Source of the DNA: Schizochytrium sp. TIO01
Lineage: Eukaryota; Protista; Bigyra: Labyrinthulomycetes
DNA length: 64,000 bases
Assembly (NCBI GenBank): GCA_004764695.1
Contig: SMSO01000032.1
Location: forward strand, 6,666,483-6,730,482
Direction of reading: 5' to 3'
Shown here: positions 8,970 through 19,100 of the stretch, one piece after another
Numbering within the stretch: the stretch's first letter is position 1
How the letters are laid out: the number at the start of each line of letters is the position of its first letter
The notes under the pieces: model-generated
The model's input: the letters and a program-made list of their open reading frames with translations, nothing else
What the model was told of the DNA's origin: nothing
Database searches by the model: none
Made by a program: the position numbers and the translations under genes

Positions 8970-11969
8970 ATGATCCGGTGTTTGCTTTTTGTTTTGATTG
9001 TTGGATTTGTTGATGCGAGCACTTATAGCAATGGTGTGACTACAGATACAATTCGAGCGGTCAGAATTATACCCAACAGCAGCTACTCTTCGTTGGTTCC
9101 GAGTGATGAGATTATGGCCGATATAGGCAGCGATTTGAGTACGTTCTATGACTCAAGTTCTGGTGGTAGTTTTGATGTTCACTTATTGGTTGATGAGACT
9201 ACCTATGTGATGGAATCTTTTAGCATTGATGAATCAGATAATTGTTACATCAATGGAGTAGAGGTGACTTCGAGTAGCATGCTTGTTTATGAAGAAGCTT
9301 TTGCTCTCGCGGAAGATAGTGCAAATGCGTCTACATATGACTCTGTTGCTCTGTTCACCCCTTATTGTAACCTGGGGTATGTTGGAGTTGCTTATGTTGT
9401 TGGTTCTCGGTTACATATGAACGTTGCTGCAAGTTCAGTGAATTCAACCGCTTATCTCATGGGAGTTTTAGCGCATGAATTTGGTCACAATCTTGGTTTG
9501 CTGCATGCTCATGCTATTGATGGAGAATATGGTAATGAATATGATGAGATGGGTTCAAAGGCTGAGCCGCTGTTAGCTCAATTTAGTACCTACTACAAGT
9601 ACTTTTTGGGGTGGATTCCGGAAGAGAGTATTTTGCAAATGTCACATGGTTTGTATTGCGAAGCGGACGAGTCTTGTGTAAGTGATGATACAACTGTGTG
9701 GCTCTACGCTCACGATACAGGAGAGGGGTTTAATTCATCTCTGTACTACTGTATTCTTTATCGGTTGGAGTATCCAAATACATACATGACGTTGGAATTC
9801 CGATCACTCTATGAGAGTGATCTTCCAGGCGTGATGATGGAATGGGTAACAAGGCGTTATGAAGATATTGCAGGTCCTAGTTACTTGATCGATCCAACTG
9901 GCTTGCCCAGATTGGTGACTGATACAACTGGAGCTGCTTTTGTCCCTGTAAATTCTACCTATGTGTATGATTATCGCGAGGGGGGGAATGCAGTTGCGGT
10001 GACTGTCTTAGAACTTGATGAGGATACTCAGCGCGTGAAAGTCAGAGTAAGGCATATGAATAAAAGTGCCAATGATGTAGATGAATTTGAGAATGAACTG
10101 CAAAATTTGGCTTCTATTTCTTGTGGCGACACAGTGAATTATACAGAAGCGGTGGGGCGTACATTGTTTCATTTGGAAACTCCCAACCCTTCAAAGGTTT
10201 CTTTGAATGTAACTTGTGGTGACTACCTAGACGCTTACATTTTTGGAGGCAAACCATTTCATCTATTCAGTGATAGGCAAGGTGAATTTAACCTTGCCAC
10301 ATTTAATTCGACTAGCTTGTATGATTGGAATCGGGCATTTGATGTTTCCGGTGTTGAATACTGTTCTGCGGATGCTTGCAATGTTGCTTTAACGGTTTCT
10401 CCATTTCTAAGTTATGCGGGCGAGATGATCTTTTATGCTGTTCCTGGAGTCTCAAGTGGACCCGCTGGGACTGTTTATGTGAATGACCAATATGAAGTGT
10501 ACCTTAAATCAGTGTACATGGGGTACTATGGGATTTATTATTATTGCTGGGTCTTTTGCACCAGTTTGGCATGCGGTTCGTTTTACGGATTGGTCGGTTC
10601 GACCACACTCATTTATCTATCCGAACTGACGGAGGACGATATTGCTTTTACTTATCCTATTACCACCAGTTCTTCGCGAAGTTGGACCTCCGCTTGCACT
10701 TCCGAAAGCCGGACTGCAGATTTACAAAATGCTTATGCATACCCTACCCGATACTTTACTGAAAATTTTGAGGTACACACCTTTGCCAATGACAGTAACT
10801 ATCTTCTCATTACGGGCGGTGTAGATGGTGCTACTGCGGAAGTTGTTTGTGATGTGATTTACTGTGGTAGTAATATGTTCATGAATGAATCGAGTGGTCT
10901 TTGCGAACCATGTGGTCAAGGTATGATGTCGGAACCGAACAGCACTAGCTGTGTTGTGGATTGTTCTTATCTAATGCTGGAATCTCCATACGTGAGTTCA
11001 ACTGGAGTGATGAAAACGACGGGTAAATATGTAGATTTAAAGGATTCTTGGGAGTTATATTCTAATGGTGGACGGGATACGAGTTATTTACTATACTTCC
11101 TTAATACTCAGGGGTGGGTTCTTGGGACTGGTTCTGTTGCTTCTGCAGCCTATTCTTATGAGGTGAGTGCGAGCAATTACCGACATCCAGTGCTCGGTGA
11201 ATCTGGAGTTGAATCTGGATATTCCTTGACATGTATGTGTGCAGATTTCCCTTTTTGTGGAGAATGCGATGGTCTTGGCGATGGTGCAATGGTAAGTCCT
11301 CTCGATGGTACCTCTTGTTTTGTTCCGTACGAATCTATCTACGTAACATCTAACGAAAATCATAGTATAGCAGGGAATTATAACTTCAGCACTATGACAG
11401 ATGGTTATCCAGTCTTTAGCTCTGCGAATTATACTCTGACTCGTGATTACTCTGGTGAGTGGTCGTTCGTTGCTCTTGTTAACTCCTCGACTGTGGCTAC
11501 GAAGTCAGAAAGCATTAGCGTCTTTTGGCCAACGAATATTAGCAGTACAACGGCGTGGTCAACTGGTTATCTTTCTATTGCTCCACAAGAGAACTCTCTT
11601 GTCATGCAGGACATCTATTCTTCAACATTTTTTGCTATAACTCCTGCACCAACATCGTCACCTACTATGCCGACGCCTTTACCAACATCGTCACCTACAG
11701 TTTCACCCACGGCTCCAACTCCTGCACCAACAATGAGACCTACGCTTGGAAATCCTTCTTCAGCACCTACGATTTCAGATGATACTAGTCTTTCTTACTT
11801 AAAGGAACTGTTTGAACAAATTGGTTCAAATCATATTTATCTAGGTCTCACAGTCGGTGCACTTTCTTTGCTCTGTTTTATGGTGATTTATCGTTTTGTT
11901 TATTATAATAGGTCTCATCAGATTGCAACACAGTATAATTTCGCGAATCAAATTGATGACTTTTCATAA
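8970..11969 (+). CDS. Type I membrane zinc metalloprotease, M11 (gametolysin)-like, with Cys-rich region and Pro/Thr stalk
   Basis: Signal peptide from ATG 8970, HEFGHNLGLLH zinc motif followed by EYGNEYDEMG and KYFLGWI, Cys-rich CEPCGQG...TSC, PTSSPT repeats, and a C-terminal hydrophobic helix. Confidence 0.85.
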   Translation: MIRCLLFVLIVGFVDASTYSNGVTTDTIRAVRIIPNSSYSSLVPSDEIMADIGSDLSTFYDSSSGGSFDVHLLVDETTYVMESFSIDESDNCYINGVEVTSSSMLVYEEAFALAEDSANASTYDSVALFTPYCNLGYVGVAYVVGSRLHMNVAASSVNSTAYLMGVLAHEFGHNLGLLHAHAIDGEYGNEYDEMGSKAEPLLAQFSTYYKYFLGWIPEESILQMSHGLYCEADESCVSDDTTVWLYAHDTGEGFNSSLYYCILYRLEYPNTYMTLEFRSLYESDLPGVMMEWVTRRYEDIAGPSYLIDPTGLPRLVTDTTGAAFVPVNSTYVYDYREGGNAVAVTVLELDEDTQRVKVRVRHMNKSANDVDEFENELQNLASISCGDTVNYTEAVGRTLFHLETPNPSKVSLNVTCGDYLDAYIFGGKPFHLFSDRQGEFNLATFNSTSLYDWNRAFDVSGVEYCSADACNVALTVSPFLSYAGEMIFYAVPGVSSGPAGTVYVNDQYEVYLKSVYMGYYGIYYYCWVFCTSLACGSFYGLVGSTTLIYLSELTEDDIAFTYPITTSSSRSWTSACTSESRTADLQNAYAYPTRYFTENFEVHTFANDSNYLLITGGVDGATAEVVCDVIYCGSNMFMNESSGLCEPCGQGMMSEPNSTSCVVDCSYLMLESPYVSSTGVMKTTGKYVDLKDSWELYSNGGRDTSYLLYFLNTQGWVLGTGSVASAAYSYEVSASNYRHPVLGESGVESGYSLTCMCADFPFCGECDGLGDGAMVSPLDGTSCFVPYESIYVTSNENHSIAGNYNFSTMTDGYPVFSSANYTLTRDYSGEWSFVALVNSSTVATKSESISVFWPTNISSTTAWSTGYLSIAPQENSLVMQDIYSSTFFAITPAPTSSPTMPTPLPTSSPTVSPTAPTPAPTMRPTLGNPSSAPTISDDTSLSYLKELFEQIGSNHIYLGLTVGALSLLCFMVIYRFVYYNRSHQIATQYNFANQIDDFS

Positions 11970-11993
11970 ATGTTTTATTTTTAATTGAGGTTT

Positions 11994-14132
11994 TCATTTT
12001 GGAGTTGTTCTTTCCCTCTCCAACGCAAGTCGAAGTCTAGCAATCTCTCGACTAGCGCTTAGTGCGAAGTCTTCCTCACTCATTTCTGACTTGCCAACGG
12101 ACATGCCGAAGTCGATGATGACAGGCCTTTGAGTTTCCTTGTTGTATAGGATATTACGGGTCGCCACATCACCATGCAGTACACCATGGGAGTGAATGTC
12201 ATCGAGAGCATCCACTGCCTTTTCCACAAAGTCATCGGTGATGTCTTCAGGTCTTAAAGGTTCGCCAGAATACTTTGTTCCGAGGCCGTAAAGAAATCTT
12301 TCATCGAAAACGCCACAATCGATGAACACTGGGATGTGTATTCCTTGCAGCGGTTCTAATTGCTTGTAAATTTCAGCTTCATTGTCAAGTTCGTGCATCT
12401 GATCTGCTTGCTTAACAAGGTCCAATACCTTCACCACGTTGTCGCTCTTATCATCTCCTGCTTCGTGGAAGTTCAAACGAAATACTGACCCTGTGCGACC
12501 GGGTGAAAGCGCGGTGCACCCAGCCTTGCGTAGCTTGACTAGTTCGACCGCTTCACCATCCTTTGTATATTTTGCACCATACTTATTTAGTGTCGAAGAA
12601 GGTGGTCGTCCATTTGGTGACGAAGTCCGTGGTGATACATTTTTCGGCCTCTTTTCGTCCAGTGCGCTATCACATTCACGTGGTAGATTTTTCCTACCAA
12701 TCGGATCATTCGATTTGCAGGGAACCATCATAGAATCTCCATAACCTTGGAAATCCATAACTCGTTCATCAGCAGCGAGAAGAATAGCGAGTGCAACGAG
12801 CTGCAACGTACTGATTTTCTTATTTTCAGTATCACCCTCTTGATCCCATAAAATAGCTTCCGTGATAAGCAGATGTCCCCGCCCGTCTCTAATGAAAACA
12901 TGAGTGTGTATATAGTTCGTGTAAATACCAACCAAAACCTCATTCGAAACCATGTAGTTGTAAAGTTGACGAATGACCGAATGGTCTTCATGCCGCTGTG
13001 AACCACAGAGAGGATTTAGGCATTCTTTATTACAATAATCATTAGCGAGTTTAGTAGTGGTGGGAAACCCAGGACCTTTGAATTCGCCCATGATCAACGG
13101 TTTGCGGTTACCGTCTTCTGACTTACAATTGATAGCAAAGTCTGCGCGACCTACTAGTCCTCCAGTCACAAGGTTTCCATACAAAGAGAGATCTTGAGGA
13201 ATGGAATTGTTTTCAGCGGACGTCTGATTGAGTGCACGTGTTAGACAATGGATGGCATTTCTAAACGCATTGTCGACTGAACTTTCATTGTTAAGTTTTA
13301 CGTTGAGACTATAACATGCAAATTCATTGACAAAGTCGACTGTAGTCTCGACGTTATTCAGGATATCAATGTAGCCATGGTCTTCACAATAGTTCCAGAA
13401 ATCTAATGTATAAAAATTTTCCACCTGCAAGGGTGATACAGGGTATGACATTAAGTTCGCAAGACTTGTCTTGTTTGCGGTTAATTCACCCTCCTGTTGC
13501 CAGTTTGGTAGATGTACTTTGGTGGCATCCATCATCTTCTTCGGTTCCGGAGATGACTGTAACCGTTCTCTTAGCGTTGAGATGTCTTTATCGGTAGAGG
13601 TTATAATATCATGCACTTTTGCAAGGCGGACCTTATCTGTAAGAATTTCTTGCTTGGTCACTTCTAACGACTTTTCTTTTTTGAGAAGGTCTTTCATCGA
13701 ATCAATGCAAAGGGCCATGGACTTGTGACTGGGTAAAACCCCGAAATGCTCTTCGAAATCTATTGCAGTAAACATATCACGACAAAAAGCTCTAAGAAAG
13801 TCGTAGTCATCATCATTTCCTAGCTTTTTTATTATTCGCTGCTCGAGTCGCTCGATATCTCGCGAAAGCTTGGCTTTTTCATCCTTGAGGTCCTCAAGTG
13901 CTCGATCCATACGCTTGTACTCCTCAATCTTTTCTGCATTCAAAGTTAAAGACCGTTGCAAGAGGGATTCATCATCTCCTGGGAGTGTGCTTACGCGCCT
14001 GAAAGTGGTGCGTATGTTTGGACTGTTTGTGAACATCTGAATTGATGAGGGGCGAGATTCACGTCTACTAGCGGCACTCCTTGCGAAATTGGAGGCTGCA
14101 TTTCTAACTCCCCTGATAGTAGCACCTATCAT
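11994..14132 (-). CDS. Coiled-coil + PD-(D/E)xK nuclease + kinase protein, copy 1 (Spok/Crinkler REase-kinase architecture)
   Basis: Nuclease motifs NESSV, GRADF, GEFK and RQLYNYM...GIYTNY. Kinase motifs GRTGSVF, VVK, NEAEIY, HGDVATRN and DFG. Heptad-rich N-terminal region. Confidence 0.8.
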   Translation of the reverse strand: MIGATIRGVRNAASNFARSAASRRESRPSSIQMFTNSPNIRTTFRRVSTLPGDDESLLQRSLTLNAEKIEEYKRMDRALEDLKDEKAKLSRDIERLEQRIIKKLGNDDDYDFLRAFCRDMFTAIDFEEHFGVLPSHKSMALCIDSMKDLLKKEKSLEVTKQEILTDKVRLAKVHDIITSTDKDISTLRERLQSSPEPKKMMDATKVHLPNWQQEGELTANKTSLANLMSYPVSPLQVENFYTLDFWNYCEDHGYIDILNNVETTVDFVNEFACYSLNVKLNNESSVDNAFRNAIHCLTRALNQTSAENNSIPQDLSLYGNLVTGGLVGRADFAINCKSEDGNRKPLIMGEFKGPGFPTTTKLANDYCNKECLNPLCGSQRHEDHSVIRQLYNYMVSNEVLVGIYTNYIHTHVFIRDGRGHLLITEAILWDQEGDTENKKISTLQLVALAILLAADERVMDFQGYGDSMMVPCKSNDPIGRKNLPRECDSALDEKRPKNVSPRTSSPNGRPPSSTLNKYGAKYTKDGEAVELVKLRKAGCTALSPGRTGSVFRLNFHEAGDDKSDNVVKVLDLVKQADQMHELDNEAEIYKQLEPLQGIHIPVFIDCGVFDERFLYGLGTKYSGEPLRPEDITDDFVEKAVDALDDIHSHGVLHGDVATRNILYNKETQRPVIIDFGMSVGKSEMSEEDFALSASREIARLRLALERERTTPK

Positions 14133-14806
14133 GGTGTTCGTTCGAACGATTGGGTTTTGCTGCTCTTGAGAACTAGGTTTGGATGCTTCCTCTATTGTTT
14201 ATACTTGATTTACTAATGAATGGTACTAGTAGATATTCTTACTTATTTATTTGTTTCTTACACACAAACCCATGTCTTCTTCTACACTGCACGAGGGATA
14301 AATTATAAAACAACCTCTGAATATCATTACGATCTATATAGGTGAAATAATATGCTAAGTATTCTTTTTTTTAAATTACTAGCTAGTATTTTGCGAAACC
14401 CATAATAATCCGCGAATTAAAGTCTGCAGTGCTCGTTTGCATAACTTTGATGCCGTGGCTGGTGGCGTGGCCGCAGCGTCCACGAATCTATTTCTCTCCT
14501 CGCACGCGCCGTATGCCGTGTGCGCGCACGCACACGCGCTCATTCTACCCATCTCTCCCTCCACTGTTCGATCACGCAAGTCAAACGTTGTGATGATTCG
14601 ATGCAAGTGGGTAAGATCGATGCCCCCGCTCGCCAAGGCCAAGGACAACTTTCCATGCATCGTTTGACTGCGTAAGTCGAAAGTTGTGCAGGTTGTGCTG
14701 GCTCGTGCCGGTAGGTAGGAGAAGAGAAGATCGGTCATCGACCTCGATCAAGCGTAAGTCGCGAGTTGTGCAGGCAGTGCTAAGCAGGAGAGGAGAATTG
14801 AAGATC
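14133..14806. repeat. Duplicated upstream non-coding region, copy 1 (homologous to 22842-23552)
   Basis: Long exact blocks are shared with copy 2, e.g. TTCGAACGATTGGGTTTTGCTGCTCTTGAGAACTAGG...TTCTTACACAC. Internal CGYAAGTC...GTTGTG motifs lie at 14575, 14671 and 14753. Confidence 0.95.
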
Positions 14807-14859
14807 TTTTCCGTAGGATTCGCATTTGTTGGACGTGTGAAAAGAGAGAGGAGCGTCAT

Positions 14860-15324
14860 ATGAGACTAGAAAATGAGTGGAACGAGCGTTTTCATTCTTG
14901 GGGATTTCACCCTTCGAGCCATGATCGCATCATCAAAGATAGTGCATGTAAGGTAGTAAACCGTCGGCGTGCTGACTTTGTTTTTTCAGATAATGACTTA
15001 CCCTATTATATTGTGGTCGAATGCGATGAAGAAAGTCACAGTGGTTATGACATAGCATGTGAAATGAAAAGATTGCAGGAAATTCATGATCAGTTAATTG
15101 GTAATGGAAGAAGTGTGAAGCCTTTGGTGATTATCCGTTTCAACCCGAACTCTCGACATGAAAGCCTGGAAAAGGAAGTTAAAGGAGCCCTAGAAGATGC
15201 ACTCAAAGGGCAAGTGGACTACTCTGATGCGCGTGGAGTCAATTTATTTAAAGTGATAGGTTATGGACAAACGCGGCAAGAAAAATACAGAGAGGAGCGT
15301 CTTACCTATCGCTTAAAAATTTGA
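14860..15324 (+). CDS. Giant-virus-type PD-(D/E)xK (VSR-like) endonuclease, probably 5'-truncated
   Basis: RADF...IVVECDEESH..Y...CEMKRL...PLVIIRFNP matches the pattern of NCLDV restriction-like endonucleases. The frame stays open upstream with a CWTC at 14827 but has no ATG before TAA 14755. Confidence 0.75.
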   Translation: MRLENEWNERFHSWGFHPSSHDRIIKDSACKVVNRRRADFVFSDNDLPYYIVVECDEESHSGYDIACEMKRLQEIHDQLIGNGRSVKPLVIIRFNPNSRHESLEKEVKGALEDALKGQVDYSDARGVNLFKVIGYGQTRQEKYREERLTYRLKI

Positions 15325-16043
15325 CTCGATTCCACCAAAGCATATCCACACTAAAAGCAACTTGGAGGTCAGTGACAAAAGGTTGTACCATCCATCCATA
15401 GTAAGCACAGCACTTCCTCGTCAGTTAACATGCGTTCTTCCCTCACCACATAGATATACTGTACTAACGCAAAGCATGAAAACATGAAGAATTCAATGAA
15501 AAAAATAGCAATGACAAAGTGTGGTACGTCATGGTTGATTTCTGCAAAGAAAGACCAACTGATAATAACCCATGCGAAAAGGTAAGGAATGCAACCGAGC
15601 CAGAATGGTTTGATCATCAATCTCGATTTATCACCTGTAAAAGGGAGGATGTCTTCTAGATACCCAAAGACCATTGTTGTCATCATGAGACCGGCAATGC
15701 CTGTGAGAGTGAAAATGTCATCTATTCTGCATAAGATTGCAATAATGACGGCCATGATCGATGCAGTGATGGAGTACTCTAAAAAGCGCATGGAACCGAT
15801 GTTTCCAATGCGAATAAGATATGCGTAGAAGCAGTGAAACGCGGCCGTAATTCCTGAAAAGAGGGCAAGTCCGCTGAAGACTGAAGGCGTCCACCATGTG
15901 GTATCTATGTCACCTAATGTTAAGACCACTCTCCCTTTGTTTGGATCCACTGAGAGAACAACCATAGCAATGGTAGACGCAAGGTGCAAAAGTGCACAAA
16001 CAATGTTGAACTGCCATGTTGAACAATAGGAAATGATACTCAT
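15313..16043 (-). pseudogene. Heliorhodopsin, frameshifted by a 5-bp duplication before TM7
   Basis: Motifs NIVCALLH, TAAFH, RFLEYSITASIM, MVFGYLED, PFWLG...AW and PHFVIAI. Removing one AGCAC of the tandem pair at 15404-15413 restores WYNLLSLTSKLLLVWICFGG, with the retinal Lys codon at 15361-15363, giving 241 aa. Confidence 0.9.
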
Positions 16044-16104
16044 AGACTAGTCATTATATGTATAAAGTGAATCTGAATTATAATAATAGTAGCTGGCTTA
16101 CATC

Positions 16105-19100
16105 ATGTCGGAAGCGGTTTACGAGGATGTGCTTAGGCGGGCAGTTCGTCTAAGAGATGAAAACCCACAGTTCAAGCGTCAACTCAATCGAATCATTCTC
16201 CACATAACCAACAGTATGTCGTATGCAGAGGTTCTTGAACAGAATGCGAAACTAGATGAATTTGATCATCAGGTTGAAGATGGTACGAATGAAGGTAGTA
16301 AAACCGTGCAGGATGCTGAAAATACGCTACCTGAGTCTCCACAATTGCTTGCTCAAACATCAGGGGACGGGAAAAAGAGAGGACGGTCGATTGTCAAAAA
16401 GGAGGATAAAGAGTTGAACGCTTCGCTCACAAGAGAATCAGAGCAATACTTGAAGGAATTGTTAACCACAAAGGGTTTTCATAAGCTAAAATCTTTCGGT
16501 CCAGCTATGTTGGAGTCTTTTGGATTCGATGATGGCAACTATTTGGGTTATTCTTCGGCGGATGCGAGGGTCTATGAGATTGTTCATATCCTCGAGGATA
16601 TCATCAATAAAACAAGTCCTGATCAAGAACATGTTTCGATTCATATTGAAACTAATATTACTTATCACGTTACAACTCAAAGATTTCATAACTTGGACGA
16701 CACTGTCAATTTTATTTACAACATTCTTGTAGAAGATCCGGATGAGGCTAGATACTATTCGTTACCAATTGTTCTAGATAATTTTGAAGATGATTCAAGT
16801 GAGGAAGATGATCAAGAAGAAGATGACCTCCATGCAAATCTTTTAATTTTAGATTTAAAAGAGCATTCTGTCATTCATTTTGAACCACACGGGAGGGGAA
16901 CACGGCTGTATGATGTTGAAGTGTTCACAGCAAGGATGAGGGAATTAGTTGAAAGGTCATTTAGGAAGTTCAATAAACAAGAGAAAACAAAGTACTTTCT
17001 GTTGGTTGTGGGGTCAGGGGCTGAAGCAGAAGAGAATTCAGAGAAAGATGGGATTCCCTGGAGATTTCTTACAAACTTAAGTCAATCATTCGGCCGTATC
17101 GGTCCTCAATCAAGTTCAGGGCGTTGGTACCGCCAGAATGTTAACTTACGCGTTACGAAAAGAACATCTGATCTTGAGACTCTTTGGACGCAAAGACTCA
17201 CAGACGGATTCTGTTTCGCGTGGTGTTTGCTAGTTACCTATGTGGTCTTGGCTCCAGTTGATTATACTGATGCTAAATCCAAAGTAGGATTCAAAGGAGA
17301 ATTTGGGGAGGCCTCTGCTGATGGAACCACTTTGCGTGACAGGTTTGACATCACTGCCGAAAGTTTTGATCCTACTCTTCTTTTCGATCGATTTGTGAAT
17401 TTCCACAATTGCTCAGGCGAATTTATGGGACAGACCATGCTGCGCTTTGCTAGTTTTATCGCTAAATGTGATAAAACTCTCATTCGGGAACTGGCTATCT
17501 TTGGCGATCAGATAGAAATTGACGAGGGTGACTCTAGGACATTATCTGAAGAACTCATCCCCGTGCGACTAACTTCACTAATGAGTCCTTACTTTGAGCA
17601 TGTTGAAATTTTATCGACGAGAATTTCCATGACTCCTGGAAATATTGTCATCCCTCCAAATGTAATCAATCTATTGTCTCATCATGCAGACAGTGGCGAT
17701 TCAAGCAATTCTCCAGGGTCCTTGTCTGGTTATGCACAAATGGTCATCGTAATCGTTCAACGGGACAACGCTTTATTGTATTTGATGCTTTCACCGCGAA
17801 AGAGGCAGTACTGTATTCAATTCACTTCCGATAGTCTCTTACAGCGCATTCCTATCGATGAAAGTCTTGATCGAGAAATTGAAAACTATGGTAAGGGTAC
17901 ATGGAAGAAACAATTATTAAATACGAAACAATTGGTTCCGACGAGTTCAATTGTTGATGGCTTTGCGCTGAATTATGAATCCTCGGCATTAAGCACTCTT
18001 GAACGTCAGTTTCTTACCATACTATTGCAAGTTTGGTTGTTTTGTGTTGTTCACATTTTGAATCCTCAAGTCGATGGGGGGGACTTATTCGAAATGGTCA
18101 AGTTGAAAGATGCAATTTTAGATGATTCTGATTTTGCGGTAGTCAAGTTTAAATTGATTCGAAAAGATGCTCAAAATAGGCGCTTAAATTGGACAAAGCT
18201 AGCCTTGCTCAATAGGTTCAGACTTTACCTTTTGGACGGTCTTGAGCTGGAATATTGGCAGTCCATAAAGCGTTACTCAATCGATATCATTCCTGAATCT
18301 TATAAAGAAGCGATCGATGAATCCTTGAATAGTAGCGAATTTATAGAGGAGCTTGATGGAGAAATCATCCCAACAATCCTATCTCAGTTGGACACTGAAG
18401 ATCCTGAAGACATGCAATGGTTAAGCTCAATGACTAAACTAAGGGATTTGGGGATTATGTACAAATTATGTGAAGGTTATTCAGAAGTTAATGAGAATAA
18501 TGCCGATGAAGTGCTCGCTCTGTTTGATCAGATTCTGAATTATAAGTACATGAAAGTGCAGGAGGTCATTCCCAAATTACTCAACAATCTAGATAACGAG
18601 GCAATTCGATCAATGGACGAATCATCAGTGTCGTCTAGTGTTTACTTTAAAGTTGTGGTCCATTATCTAAAGGTTTTCATGCCCGGTGCTCCTTTGGATA
18701 CCATCGCTGGCTTGATCTTGTGCGCTTCACTTTTGAAACATATTCCTCATTTTTGGATGATTGTTGCAAAATCCTACATGGAATGCATTGACATGGTATC
18801 CACTAATGATTTTACCAATGGCTTCGAGCAATTGTGTATTGCGAGTCAAATGACCATTTCTTTGAAAATGTTCCCCCGTAAGACTTTCATCATGAAAAAG
18901 GTGAATTTCAGAACCTTTAGAAAAATGTTTGACGAATCTATTCAACAGAAGGAGGTGATACAATTTCAAGAAATCTTCCAGTCATTGGAAGCGGATTTGG
19001 AACCGTTATCATGGGTGATGAAACAAGTACCACCTGAGCAATTTCCTGATGTGATCTTGGCAATTTTTGACAATGATAGCATTCCTCCATCTAGCAAGTC

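Noticed and set aside
14575-14806. Spaced repeats as a CRISPR array
   Set aside because: Only 3-4 degenerate motifs, spacers resemble each other and are shared between copies, and there are no cas genes in this eukaryotic context.
14379-14859. Short ORFs in the duplicated upstream regions (also 23160-23691)
   Set aside because: Indels between the two copies break their frames, so conservation is at DNA level only.
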